Position numbers and translations under genes: made by a program. From Octopus sinensis (lineage: Eukaryota), in assembly GCF_006345805.1 (NCBI RefSeq), contig NW_021831850.1:62001-126000 (forward strand): a stretch of DNA of 64,000 nucleotides, given 5' to 3'. Shown here piece after piece: positions 1 to 14,773 of the stretch. Positions within the stretch are counted from its first letter, which is position 1; each line of letters begins with the position of its first letter. Below the pieces are notes generated by a model, which saw only the letters and a program-made list of their open reading frames with translations, was not told the origin of the DNA and made no database searches.

Positions 1-1460
1 TTTTTCAAATATTCAATGTCAGATCTAAATATTTTAATTTGTTGTTGCAGACGCTCTTGCCAAGAAGGCTTTTTGTGGGAATGTTGCCGTTTTCTAATCT
101 TTACACCACATAGGATCGTTGAGATTTTCGCGGATGCATAGTATAGGTGGTTGGGGTTTGTGATATCAACATCATTAGCTGAAATTATATCCTTAAGTGC
201 AAGCCGGATTTTACCAATTATTTTCATGTTTTGGTTAGAGTTGCGGATTTTAGGAAGTGTATCACGTTCATCCATGCTGGTTTCTTTAATTTTCAGCCAT
301 TCAATCATGATTTGATTTTTTAGCTCATGTAGTTCTGTTGGGTCAATATTTGTATGACTTTCTTTATCTATTTGATGCTCATCTATCTTAGTGTTTATGA
401 TTGGTTCAGGGAGTATTTCACTTTGCCTATCACTTATACTAACTCTTTCAATCCTCACTTCGTTTTTATCAGCCCTGGGCTGGTCTATAATTATTTCCTC
501 TGTATTATCTTCTCTAGCCCTAGCTTCGTTCATTTTATCCGATATTGCTTGTCTAACTTGATCAATCTCTACTTCAGTCAATAATTTTTTTTATAATGTT
601 TCTTCTGACGTTGGCAAGTTTGTTACTGTCTATGTAGGGTCTTACTTCAGGGTGTTTCTGTCTCCAGTTTAAGTATGCTTGTACAGTGTTAGATTTATCT
701 GTGGGGAAATATATGGCATGGTAGAAGGCCTCAAGAACTTCTTTATTATCTTCCCTAGACCATTTCTCCTTCTTTTTCTTTTGATCATTTGGTGATGAGC
801 ATGGATGGCCATCTGTTGGAATATTCCGGTTGTGGGGTACGTCCAGCTCCTGTGTGTTGGGAAGATTTGATCCAGTAGCTGATTTTTCAATCAGAATTTG
901 GTTCAATTTTCGGGTACGTGGTCTTTTGTAATCCGCGCAACGACCAATGCGGTTTATTGTTTGATTTGTTGACCTTAAAGCATGACGAGCATCCATTCTT
1001 ATATTAGGAGATGGATCTGTCAGTTTAGGGTTCTCTACATGTAAGCATTGCTCATAGCGCAGCTTCTTAAGACTAGCAGATCTATATTCGTCTGTAATTT
1101 TTTTGTTGATAGTTATATCTCCGAACATTTTTTTTCCTCCTCTTCCTTTCTTCAAGGCGCACTCTACCTGTATTAGTTCGAAATAATGAGAATAAAATAC
1201 GGAGAAGGAAACGAAAAGAAAGGGAAAAAGACGGGATCTGTCAGTTATTATTGTTATTACTATCACCTTCACCACCATCACCATCATCAGCAACATCATC
1301 AGCAACATCACCATCACCATCATCATCAACAATGACATTGTTTTATGTGTAGCCACAGCCACCATCAACACTCCATTGTGTTAGAGAATAGCTGGTTAAA
1401 GAATTCATGTTCTTTGGGTCTATAAATAGATTCGGCAGAGGGTGGAGGCAAAGGACGATC
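1..1460 (-). mobile_element. R4/Dong-type non-LTR retrotransposon, 5' part (5'UTR and frameshifted ORF N-terminus), runs off window start
   Basis: ORF 574-1371 contains KWSREDNKEVLEAFYHA...RPYIDSNKLANVRRNI, homologous to KWTREEYKEVIYAYYYA...RPYLDENKLANVRRDI of the element at 21.5-25.3 kb. Near position 1 the minus strand reads PSWQERLQQQIKIFRSDIEYLK. The 5' end abuts an (AAT)n tract. Confidence 0.75.
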
Positions 1461-1550
1461 ATTATTTTTATTATTTTTCTTCTTCTTATTATTATTATTA
1501 TTAATAATATTTTCATTATTATTATTATCATTATCATTATTATTATTATT

Positions 1551-2054
1551 CAGTAGTTTTATTTTTATTTTTATAGCGTGCTTTCACTTCACTACCGAGC
1601 GCAGCTCTGTGTGCCTTGGGTATGTGCTGTGATTTGTTGTGATGCTCTGATGGTTATTGTATGGAAAGTGTTCTGCGTAGGATGTGTGCAGTGCCTAGTA
1701 GTGCAATTTTCTGTATGTTATATGTGTTTGTAAGTCCTGGTGTTTTTGTTATGTATTTGTCTGAATATTTTTTTATCATGCCTAATGCACCTACTATGAT
1801 AGGAATTGTTTTGTTTTCAGATTCCACATTCTAGTTACCTCTATTTCCAGGTCTTTGTATTTTGAGAGTTTCTCCATTCTTTTAGAGACACGTTGTCATC
1901 TGCCGGTACTGATACATCAATTAGAAAGCATTTTTTTCTTCATGATCTCTGACAACTATATCTGGTCTGTTGGCCTTAATTTCTCTATCTGTGTGTATCG
2001 GCATATCCCAGAGTATGGTTGCTTTCTCGTTTCCTGTGACCTTTTCTGGTGACC
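1551..2054 (-). mobile_element. R4/Dong LINE 3' end (restriction-like endonuclease domain and 3'UTR), 5'-truncated
   Basis: ILWDMPIHTDREIKANRPDIVV...LIDVS..D RLE motif. Nearly identical to 19423-19920. Flanked on both sides by (AAT)n. Confidence 0.9.
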
Positions 2055-2219
<165 letters not shown>

Positions 2220-2220
2220 A

Positions 2221-2650
2221 TCTATGTTTGACTTTTGCTTTATACTTGTACAAGTTGGCTCCAAGTCTCACCCAGAGACCTCAAGAGACAACAGGGTTGG
2301 AAGTTCATGTTGTTGTTATGCCTAGTGTGCCATATATTTGGGGGGGTGGGGATGTTGTACTAATGAATGTCTAAAAAAAAAAGGTTTTTTTTTTTTTTAA
2401 AACCGAAAATTATGTTTGTTTTAAACCTTGAGATTACATAGAGAGTATTTTGCGTAGGATATGAGTAGTTCCCATGAGCACTATCTTTTGAACTTCTGCC
2501 TTTTTTGGGTTTCCTGGTATCTGAGTTAGGTAGCTATCAGCCCCTTTTGCTATCATTCCCAGGGCACCTATGACAACAGGTATTGTTTTAGTCTTCAGCT
2601 TCCACATTTTGCTGATTTCTATTTCAAGATCAGTTTTTGGTAGGTCTTGA
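2221..2650 (-). mobile_element. R4/Dong LINE 3' end, second subfamily
   Basis: Minus strand encodes ...VVIGALGMIAKGADSYLTQIPGNPKKAEVQKIVLMGTTHILRKILSM*, followed by a 3'UTR ending in (AAT)n. Confidence 0.8.
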
Positions 2651-2756
2651 CAGATACGTTTATATCGATTGTATTATTATTATCATTATTATTATTATTA
2701 TAATTATTATTATTATTATTATTATTATTATCATTATTATTATTATTATTATCATG

Positions 2757-2827
<71 letters not shown>

Positions 2828-2828
2828 C

Positions 2829-2875
<47 letters not shown>

Positions 2876-2981
2876 CATATTATTATTATTATTATTATAT
2901 TATCATTATTATTATATTATTATTATCATTATTATTATTATATTATATTATTATTATCATTATCATTATTATTATTATTTT

Positions 2982-3013
<32 letters not shown>

Positions 3014-3310
3014 CATTATTATTATTATCATTATCATTATTTATTATTATTATTATTCATTATTATTATTATCATTATTATTATTATTATCATTAATATT
3101 ATCTATATTATTATTATTAATATTATTATTATTATCATTATCATTATTATTATCATTATCATTATCATAATTATTATTATCATTATTATTATTTATATTC
3201 TTCTTATTAATATCATAATTATTATTATCATTATTATTATTTATATTCTTATTATTAATATTATAATTATTATTATTATTATTATTATTATTATCATTAT
3301 TATTATTATA

Positions 3311-3370
<60 letters not shown>

Positions 3371-3775
3371 GTTATTATTAATAATATTATTATCATTATT
3401 ATAGTAATAGTAATAGTAATAGTAATAGAAATAGTAATAAAAATATTAATAATAATAATAATAACAATAAACATAGAAATAATAATAGTTGTAGTAGTAG
3501 TATTAGTAGGAGTAGTAGTAGTTGTAGTAGTAGTAGTAGTAATAGTAATATTAATGATAATGATAATGATACTGACAATAATAATAATAATGATAACAAT
3601 AATAATCAGAAGAAGAATTAGAATAATATCAGTAGTAGTAGTAGTAGTAATAGTAAGTGTCATAATGATTATTAATAATAATATTAATATTAATAATAAT
3701 AAATTTGATACTAATAATAAAAATAGAAGTAGTAGTAGTAGTAGTTAGTAGTAGTAGTAGTATTAGTAATAGTAA

Positions 3776-3808
<33 letters not shown>

Positions 3809-4110
3809 AAGTAGTAGTAGTAATAGTACAAGTAGTAATACTAATAATAATATTATTAATAATTATAATAATAATAATAATAATAATAATTATAATAATA
3901 ATAATAATAATATTAGCAAAAATAGTAGTAGTCGTAGTAGTAGAAGTAGTAGTAGTATTAGTAATGATAATAAAAATAATCATGATAATAATAATATTAT
4001 TAATTATAAAAATAGTAGTAGTATTAATAGTAGTTGTAGTAATAATATTAGTAGTAGTATTTGTTGTAGTAATTTTAGTAGTAGATGTAGGATTAGTTGT
4101 AGTATAGATA

Positions 4111-4141
<31 letters not shown>

Positions 4142-4322
4142 TATTAATAATAATAATAATATTAATAGTAGCAGTAGTAGCAGTAGTAGTAGTAGTAATA
4201 GTAATAATAATAATATTAATAATATTACTAATAATATTTATATTAATAACAATGATAAAAGTAGTAGTAGTTGTTGTAGTAGTAATTGTAATATTAACAG
4301 TAATAGTAATTTTAATAATAAT

Positions 4323-4359
<37 letters not shown>

Positions 4360-4748
4360 TTAATAATAATCATAGTACTAGAAGTAGTAGTAATAATAAT
4401 AATAATAATGATAATAATAATAATAATAATGATAGTAGTAGTATTAGTAGTAATAATAGAAGTAGTAGAAATAGTGATAGTAATAATAATAATAATGATA
4501 TTAATAATGGTAGTAGTAGTACTAGCATTAGTAGTACCAGTAGTTGTAGTAGTTGTAGAAGTAGTAGTATAAATATTAATGGTAATAATAATAGTAATAA
4601 TAATATAATAATAATAATTACGGAGATGTACTCGCATAGCCAGTACACTCGTGTGCTGAAACGAAAACAATTGCAGCGTGGAAGGTGTTTATAAGCCATT
4701 TAAGGAACACACAAAAGCCATTCGACTCACTTCAACATTTAAGTTTAA

Positions 4749-4798
4749 TTTGTCAAGATATTTTCGTCGCTAAAATCCGCGAACTGTTCACTGACAAA
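4749..4798 (-). ncRNA. Hammerhead-like motif with G3-C8 swapped core (copy 1)
   Basis: Minus strand: TTTGTCA GTGAACA GTTCGC-GGATTTTA-GCGAC GAAA ATATCT TGACAAA. 7-bp stem I, stem II, GAAA, and core G3-U-G-A-A-C8-A9. Position 16.1 appears to be C. Confidence 0.45.
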
Positions 4799-4840
4799 GT
4801 CCGTGCTGCATCACATGAATAATAATAATGATAATGACAA

Positions 4841-4888
<48 letters not shown>

Positions 4889-5711
4889 CAGTAGTAGTAG
4901 TATTAGTAGTAGTAGTAGTAGTAGTAGTAGAAGTAGTAATTGATGTAGTAGTTGTAGTACAAGTAAAAATAATATTAATAATGATAATAGTAATAATGAT
5001 AATAATAAAAATGATATTAGTAATAATAATGATAATAATAATAATCGTAATATTAATAATACTAATAATAGTAGTAGTAGTAGTAGTAATAGTAGTTGTA
5101 GTAGTAGTTGTAGTAGTATTAGTAATAGTAATAGTAATAATAATAATATTGATATCGATAATGATAATGTTAATGAAAATAATAATAATAATAATAAAAT
5201 TAATAATAATAATGATAATAATATTGTTAGTAATAGTTGTAGTAGTAGTACTAGTAGTAGTAGTAGTAGTAATAGTAATTGTAATAATAATGATGATAAT
5301 AATAATAATATTAGCAAAAATAGTAGTAGTCGTAGTAGTAGAAGTAGTAGTAGTATTAGTAATGATAATAAAAATAATCATGATAATAATAATATTATTA
5401 ATTATAAAAATAGTAGTAGTATTAATAGTAGTTGTAGTAATAATATTAGTAGTAGTATTTGTTGTAGTAATTTTAGTAGTAGATGTAGGATTAGTTGTAG
5501 TATAGATAATAGTAATAATAATAATAATAATAATAATATTAATAATAATAATATTAATAGTAGCAGTAGTAGCAGTAGTAGTAGTAATAGTAATAATAAT
5601 AATATTAATAATATTACTAATAATATTTATATTAATAACAATGATAAAAGTAGTAGTAGTTGTTGTAGTAGTAATTGTAATATTAACAGTAATAGTAATT
5701 TTAATAATAAT

Positions 5712-5748
<37 letters not shown>

Positions 5749-6142
5749 TTAATAATAATCATAGTACTAGAAGTAGTAGTAATAATAATAATAATAATAA
5801 TGATATAATAATAATAATATAATAATAATGATAGTAGTAGTATTAGTAGTAATAATAGAAGTAGTAGAAATAGTGATAGTAATAATAATAATAATGATAT
5901 TAATAATGGTAGTAGTAGTACTAGCATTAGTAGTACCAGTAGTTGTAGTAGTTGTAGAAGTAGTAGTATAAATATTAATGGTAATAATAATAGTAATAAT
6001 AATAATAATAATTACGGAGATGTACTCGCATAGCCAGTACACTCGTGTGCTGAAACGAAAACAATTGCAGCGTGGAAGGTGTTTATAAGCCATTTAAGGA
6101 ACACACAAAAGCCATTCGACTCACTTCAACATTTAAGTTTAA

Positions 6143-6192
6143 TTTGTCAAGATATTTTCGTCGCTAAAATCCGCGAACTGTTCACTGACAAA
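6143..6192 (-). ncRNA. Hammerhead-like motif with G3-C8 swapped core (copy 2)
   Basis: Identical to 4749-4798 by tandem duplication. Confidence 0.45.
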
Positions 6193-6234
6193 GTCCGTGC
6201 TGCATCACATGAATAATAATAATGATAATGACAA

Positions 6235-6285
<51 letters not shown>

Positions 6286-6980
6286 CAGTAGTAGTAGTAT
6301 TATTATTAGTAGTAGTAGTAGTAGTAGTAGAAGTAGTAATTGATATAGTAGTTGTAGTACAAGTAAAAATAATATTAATAATGATAATAGTAATAATGAT
6401 AATAATAAAAATGATATTAGTAATAATAATGATAATAATAATAATCGTAATATTAATAATACTAATAATAGTAGTAGTAGTAGTAGTAATAGTAGTTGTA
6501 GTAGTAGTTGTAGTAGTATTAGTAATAGTAATAGTAATAATAATAATATTGATATCGATAATGATAATGTTAATGAAAATAATAATAATAATAATAAAAT
6601 TAATAATAATAATGATAATAATATTGTTAGTAATAGTTGTAGTAGTAGTACTAGTAGTAGTAGTAGTAGTAATAGTAATTGTAATAATAATGATGATAAT
6701 AATAATAATATTAGAAGTAGAAGTAGTTGTAGTAATAGTTGTAGTATTAGTTTTAGTATTATTAGTAGTAGTAGTAATATTAATAGTAATAGAAATATTA
6801 TTATTAATTTTAGTAGTAATGGTAATAATAATAATAATAATAGTAGTATTGTTGTAGTAGTAGCAGTAGTAGTAGTAGTAGTAGATTTAGTATTAGTAAT
6901 GATAATAATAATAATAGTTTTAATAATAGTAATAAGAATAAGAATAATAGTAGTAGCAGTAGTAGTATAAGTAGTAGTAT

Positions 6981-7012
<32 letters not shown>

Positions 7013-7253
7013 ATTATATTAATAATAATAATAATAATAATAATAATGATAATTTTAATAATATTAATAATAATAAGAATAATAATAATGGTTGTAGTAA
7101 TAGTCGTAGAAATTGTAGTAGAAGTAATAGTAATTGTAATAATAATAATAATATTAATAATAATACGCATAATATTAATAATAATAGTAGTATAGTAGTA
7201 GTAGTAGTAGTAGTAATGATAATTATATTAATTATAATAATAATAATATTGAT

Positions 7254-7284
<31 letters not shown>

Positions 7285-8207
7285 GTAGAAGTAGTAGTAA
7301 TAGTAGTAGAAGTAGTAGTAATACTAATAATAATCATAATAATATTAATAATTATAATTATAATAATAATAATAGCAGTAGTAGAAGTAGTAGTAGTAGT
7401 AGTAGTAGTAATAGTAGAAGTTGTATTAGTAGTTGTAGCAGTAGTCGTAATAGTGGTAGTAGTAGTAGTACAAGTAGTTGTAGAAGTAAGGTTAGTAGTA
7501 ATAAGAATAATAACAATAATAATAATAATAATATTAATAATGATAATAATAATAGTAGTAGTAGTAGTAGTAGTAGATGTAATAGTAGCAGTAGTAGAAA
7601 TAGTAAAAATAATATTCATAATAATAGTAGTGGTATTAGTAGTAGCATTTGTAGTGGTATTAATGGTAATACTAATAGTAATAGTAATAATAATAATATT
7701 GATAATAGTTGTGGTAGTAGTTGTAGTATTAGCAGTACCTCCACTATTACTATTAATATTTCAATTACTATTACTATGACTTTTACTACTACTACTACTA
7801 TTATTATTAATAATATTATTATTATTATTAATATTATTATTATTACTATTACTAATACTACTACTAATAATAATAATACTAAAACTACTACTACTACTAA
7901 TAATAATAATACTACTACAACTACTACTACTGTTATTATTATTATTATTATCATTATCTTTATTATTATTATTACTATTACTATTATTATTACTACTAGT
8001 CTTACTACTACTACTACTATAACAACTACTACTACAACTACTACAACAACTACTACTACTACTACTACTACTACAGCCACCGCTTCTACTAATACTACTA
8101 CTACTACTAATATTAGAATTATTATTATTATTACTATCATAATTACTATTACTATTAATTTTAATATTACCACTACTACTACTGCTACTACTACTACTAC
8201 TACTACT

Positions 8208-8239
<32 letters not shown>

Positions 8240-8769
8240 TTCTACTACTACGACTACTACTACTACTTCTACTACTACTACTAGTAATATTATTATTAAT
8301 ATTATTCTTATTATAATTATTATTATTATCATAATCATCAATATTATTATTATTATTATTATCATTTTTATTATTACTATTACCATAACAATTATTAATA
8401 TAATTACAATTACTACTTATATTAGTACTAATACTACTACTACTATTATTAGTATTGTTATTATTATTATGAATATTGTTATTTTTGTTAATATTAATAT
8501 TTATAATAATGTTAATAATAATAACAATATTAGTAGTAATGGCAGTAGGAATAGTAGGAGTTGTAGTAGTAGTTGTAGTCGTCATAGTAGTAGTAGAATT
8601 AGTAGTAGTAGTAGTTGTAGTAGTTGTAGTAGTAGTAGTGGTTGTAGTAGTAGTAGTCGTAATAGTAGTAGTAGTAAAAGTAGTAGTAGTAGTAGTAGTA
8701 GTAGTTGTAGTAGTAGTAGTAATAGTAGTGGTAATATTAACAATTTCAATATTAATAGTAATAGTATTA

Positions 8770-8816
<47 letters not shown>

Positions 8817-9030
8817 AATTGGAGTAGTAGTAGTAGTTGTACTATCACTATTACTATCCCTATTACTATTAATATCTGAATTACGATTACTATTACTGTT
8901 ACTACTACTACTAATACAACAACTACTACCACTAATATTAATATTCTAATCATTATTATTATTATTATTATTACTTTTACTACTACAACTACTACTACTA
9001 CAACTTAACTACTACTACTAATGTTATTAA

Positions 9031-9064
<34 letters not shown>

Positions 9065-9169
9065 ATTATCATTTTTATTATTATTACTACTACTACTACT
9101 ACTACAACAACTACTACTACTGCTGCTACTACTTATTCTATTATCATTGTTATTATAATTATCATTATA

Positions 9170-9210
<41 letters not shown>

Positions 9211-9333
9211 TACTATTAATATTATTACAACTAATACTACGACGACTATTACTACTTCTACTACTACTACTACTCCTTCTGCTAATAATACTACTGCTAC
9301 TATTATTGATATCATTATAATTATTATTATTAC

Positions 9334-9378
<45 letters not shown>

Positions 9379-10215
9379 TAGTATTGCTATTATTATTATT
9401 ACTATTAATATTACTATTACAATTACCATTACTAATATTATTATTATTACTACTACTACTACTACTACTACTAATACTACTACTATTATTATTATTATTA
9501 TTATTAATATTTCTATTAATTATAATAATAATAATATTAATAATAATACTAATAAGAATAATATTAGTAGTAGTAATTGTTGTAGTTGTTGAATTAGCAG
9601 CAGTAGTAGTAGTAGTATTTGCCATAGTAGTAGTTGTAGTAGTAGTAGTTGTAGTAGTAGTAGTTGTAGTATTTGCAGTAATAGTAATAATGATAATAAT
9701 AATGATGATAATATTAATGGTAATGATAATAATAATGATAATAATAATGATAATGATATTAATAATAATAATATTAGTAGTAGTAGTAGTAGTAATAAAA
9801 ATATTAATAATAATAATAATATTAATAATATTAATAATATGAATAATAATAATGATAATAGTAGTAGTAGTAAAAGTAGTAGTATTAATAGTAGCATTAG
9901 CAGTAGTAGTTGTCGTAGTTGTAGTGGTAGTAATAGTAGTAATAGTAGTAGTAGCAGTAGTAGTAGAAGTAGTAGTAGTAGTAGTTGTTTTAGTAGTATT
10001 AGCAGCAATATTAGTAGCATCATTCTTAGTCGTAGTAGCGGTAGTAGTAGTTGTAGTAGTAGTAATAGTGTTTATATTATCCATATTATAATTATTGTTA
10101 TTGTAATCATTATTGTTATTGTAATCATTATTATTATTTTTATCATTATTATTATTATTGTTATTATTATTATTATTATTATCATCAATATTATTATTAT
10201 TATTATTATTATTGA

Positions 10216-10745
10216 GTGAGAGAGCAGTTCATGCCATCAAAGTGACACTGGGGTAAAATATACGAAGCCCAATATACCCATCATGAGTACCCGTCTGATA
10301 AAGTTACACCAGGCACATGCATCACAACCATATGTGCGCGACATGGTGATCTCATATCAAGATAAACAGCATATGACCTTGCAGGTGGGGCCCAGTAAGA
10401 ATTTTCTTCAGTTTGAGTAGCCCATCCCGCTCAAACGGTCCCTGAATAAGGATTGTTTAAGGATGTTGAAAGAACCACCCATGTTTCCAGAGGTGAACTA
10501 TTCAAACCCCAAAGAATCCCTCTCAACACATGGCTATGATGCTCCCCCACTACTTCTGCTCGTGATCAGAGATGCACATATCGTCAGCCACTAAGGGACA
10601 TGCTCAACTGGTTAAGGTCAAACAACTGACAAGCAAATCTGTGGTATTGAGCAGAATATTTGCTGTAGCCCATCTTTTATACCAAGACAAAACGATGTAC
10701 ATGATAACACTTCCAATCAGTTAAGATCAGAAGCCATGAGAGCCA
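10216..10745 (-). mobile_element. Non-coding retroposon 3' segment (LINE 3'UTR or SINE-like) with (AAT)n tail
   Basis: Island of ordinary-complexity sequence between ATT tracts, ending ...TCTCTCACTC(AAT)n on the minus strand. Resembles a dispersed octopus repeat from recall; family not assigned. Confidence 0.5.
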
Positions 10746-10754
10746 ATGCCTGTA

Positions 10755-10824
<70 letters not shown>

Positions 10825-11148
10825 ATTATTATTATTATTATCATTATTATTATCATTTTCAATATCATTATTATTCATATTATTATTATTATTATTATCA
10901 TTGTCATTATCATTTTTAATATTAATATTATTATTCTTATGATCATTGCCATTGTTATTATTATTATCATTATTATTATTTATAATATTATTAATATTAT
11001 TATTATTATTATCATTATTATTATTATTAATATTTTTATTATTATTATTATTATCATTAACATTATCATTATTATTATCATCATTATTATTATTTATATT
11101 CTTATTATTAATATTATAATTATTATCATTATTATTATTATTAATATT

Positions 11149-11181
<33 letters not shown>

Positions 11182-11389
11182 GTTGCTATTATTATTATCA
11201 TCATTATTATTATTGTTATTATTAAAAATATTATTATCATTATTATTGTTATTATTATTATTATTAATAATATTATTATCATTATTACTATTATTATTAT
11301 TATTAATGTTAACATTATTATTATTAATATTATTATTATTATTATCATTATCATTATGATTATCATTATCATTTTTGTTATTAATTATA

Positions 11390-11430
<41 letters not shown>

Positions 11431-11486
11431 ATTTTGATTATTATTTTGATTCTTCTTATTATTATTATTTTCGTTAATATTATTAT

Positions 11487-13045
11487 TTGGGCCATTGATT
11501 GACGATAACGGCATTCCCCAACACGATGCTAAAGAAATGGCAGAAATACTGCAGAAACAATACTGTTCTGCCTTTAGTGTTCCCACTGATATTGACGTAA
11601 GAGAAACGAACGAAGTTGACGCCCAACATAAAATCTCAGACATAACCTTCAGTGCCAGTGACATCATAGCAGCAATAAATGAGGTCAAATACTACTCTGC
11701 TGTAGGCCCTGATAGATTCCCCGCTAGTCTCCTAAAGGAATGTAGATACCAACTTGCAATCCCTCTGACCAACCTCTGGAGAAATTCGTTAGACGCAGGT
11801 TATATACCGAAACAGTTTCTATCGCAGTCGGTCATCCCGGTTTTCAAACAGGGAAACAGATCCCTCGCACTCAACTATCGCCCAATCTCACTCACCTCCC
11901 ACATCATTAAATTGTTTGAAAGAGTGTTAAGATCAAGGATAGCTGACTTCCTGGAGACCCACAAACTCCTAAATGCAAATCAGCATGGCTTTCGCTGTGG
12001 CAGGGACTGTCTAACACAGCTCTTACACCACATTGAAGATGTACTCAAAGCCTTTTGAACAGGTTCGAACTCTGACGTCATATATCTTGAATTCAGTAAA
12101 GCGTTCGGCAGGGTAGACCATAATATCCTACTCTCAAAATTGGCAAATGTTGGAATCCGTGGAAAAGTTCTACACTGGATTAAGTATTTCCTGGCGAATA
12201 GAACACAACATGTTGTAGTTGATAGAGTCCACTCAAACCCAGCAAAAGTCACCAGCGGTGTTCCCCAGGGAACTGTTTTGGGTCCGCTACTCTTCATAAT
12301 TTACGTAAACGACCATTCCAATGTCGTACATTACTGCAAAATGAAAATATTCGCTGATGACACTAAGCTCCAGCAAATCGTCAATGAAGAAGCAGACCGA
12401 ACTCAACTCCAGTCTGATCTATATGCTGTGAGTCAATGGGCAGACAGAAACAAAATGCAACTGAATGAGGGAAAATTTGATCTGATGCATTTTGGAAGAA
12501 ATTCCTCACTAAAACAACCATAATCTCTTCCTTCAGGGGAACCGCTCACAGCCTCTAACAATATCAGAGACCTGGGTGTAATTGTTGATGACGATCTCAG
12601 TTGGAGTGCACACATCAACAAGAAGGTCGATATAGCTCGTAGGATGAGTTCCTGGATCTTAAGGTTAGCTTCAAGGTTCATCCAAGATTGGGACCACGGG
12701 CGATACGTCCCCTGCCCAATTCAAGATCACAACATACATGTACACTGCAACATAATTTCTTTCCATCAACAGGCCCTGCCTTATTTGACATTGTCCCGAG
12801 GGAGATCAAAGAGGAAAAGGATCCCATCAATTTTAAACGGAGTCTGCATAGATTCCTACAAAGAATACCAGATAAGCCACCCATAATAGGATACAACTCA
12901 CCCAACAAGAACTCACTACTTGAAGAAAACTTGACTTAAGTAAAACTTGACTTAAACAGGATTCGAATAATCCTATCAGGTGGTGCTATTAAGTTAGAGA
13001 TGGCCTGAACCAATCTTTGGTCGAAAGTTAATCTAAGTTGAACAT
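11487..13045 (+). pseudogene. CR1-group LINE ORF2 (reverse transcriptase) fragment with 3' tail, disrupted
   Basis: YRPISLTSH, QHGFRCGRDCLTQLL, GVPQGTVLGPLLF and FADDTK motifs. Stop at 12056-12058, frameshifts and an internal deletion near 12665. 3' tail GGTGGTGCTATTAAGTTAG shared with the 39.8-kb copy. Confidence 0.9.
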
Positions 13046-13049
13046 AATC

Positions 13050-13090
13050 ATTATCATTATCTTTCTTCTTCTTCTCTTCTTCTTCTTCTT

Positions 13091-13121
<31 letters not shown>

Positions 13122-13139
13122 TTATTATTATTATTATTA

Positions 13140-13200
<61 letters not shown>

Positions 13201-13565
13201 ATTAACCCTATTATTATTAATATTATAATTATTACTATTATTATCATTATTAATATTACTATTATTATTATTATTCTTGTTTTATTATTATTATTATTAT
13301 TATCATTATCATTAGCATTATTTTTAATATTATTATTATTATTATGATAATTATTATTCTTATAATAATAATAAGTATTACTTATATTATTATTATTAAT
13401 AATATTATTATCATTATCATTATTCTTATTATCATTATCGTTATCATTATTATTTTTTTATTATTAATATTATCCATATAAATATTATTATTATGATAAT
13501 CATTATTAATATTATTATTATTGTTATTATGTTTATTATGATTATTAATAATATTAACATTAGCA

Positions 13566-13615
<50 letters not shown>

Positions 13616-14004
13616 GTAATCAATATCACTATTAATATTATAAATATTATTTATAATATCATTATTATTATAATAATCATTATTATTATCATTATCATTA
13701 TTAATAGTATTGCTATTATTATCATCGTCATTATTATTAATAATATTATATTTATTGTTGTTATTATTATTATTAATATTATTATCATTTTCCTTATTAT
13801 TATTATTATTATTTATTATTATTAATAATGTGATTAATATTATTATTATTATTATATATTATCATAATTATAATTAATATTATTATTATTATTATCTTTA
13901 TTGTTATAATTATTATTCAAATTATTATCATTATTATTATTATGACCATTATCATTATCATTATTATAATAATTCATATTATTATTATTATCATTATCAT
14001 CATT

Positions 14005-14056
<52 letters not shown>

Positions 14057-14298
14057 TATTATTATTATTATTATTATTATTAAATTTATTATCATCATTA
14101 TCATTATCATTATAATTATAATTAATATTATTATTATTAATATTATTATCATTATTATTATTATTACTATCATTATTATAATGTATATTATTTTTATTAT
14201 TATTATTATTGTTATAATTATATCTATTATTAATATTGTTGTTATTGTTATTACTATTATTGTTATTGTTGTTATTATTATTATTATTAATATTATAA

Positions 14299-14333
<35 letters not shown>

Positions 14334-14676
14334 GTTATAATATCATTGTCATTATCATTATCATTATTATTATTATGCTTATCATTATTATTATATTTCT
14401 TATTATCATTATCATTATTTTTATCATTTCATTTTTATTGTTATTGTTCTTATTAATTTTCTTATTATTTTTTTTCTTATTATTATTATTATAATTGTAA
14501 TTGTAATTGTTGTTGTTTTGATGGTATTGGTATTATTATTATTATTATTATTATTGTGATTATTATTATTATTATTATTATAATTATTATTATTATCATT
14601 ATCATTATTATTATTATGAACTTTTATTATTAATTTTATTTTTAATATTATTATATTATTATTATTATGATAATTA

Positions 14677-14710
<34 letters not shown>

Positions 14711-14736
14711 TTATATTAATATTATTATTATTATTA

Positions 14737-14773
<37 letters not shown>

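Larger units (their letters stand above)
3913..6710. repeat. ~1.4-kb tandem duplication including a ~195-bp non-repetitive core (4621-4818 and 6015-6212)
   Basis: The core CGGAGATGTACTCGC...GCATCACATG recurs at offset 1394, and the diagnostic variants in the flanking arrays recur at offsets of about 1398-1400. Confidence 0.85.
2670..10215. repeat. Degenerate trinucleotide arrays (ATT/ATC, then AAT/AGT and ACT/ATT with strand switches)
   Basis: Directly visible. The poly-I/N/S/V/T ORFs in the track are artefacts of these arrays. Confidence 0.95.
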
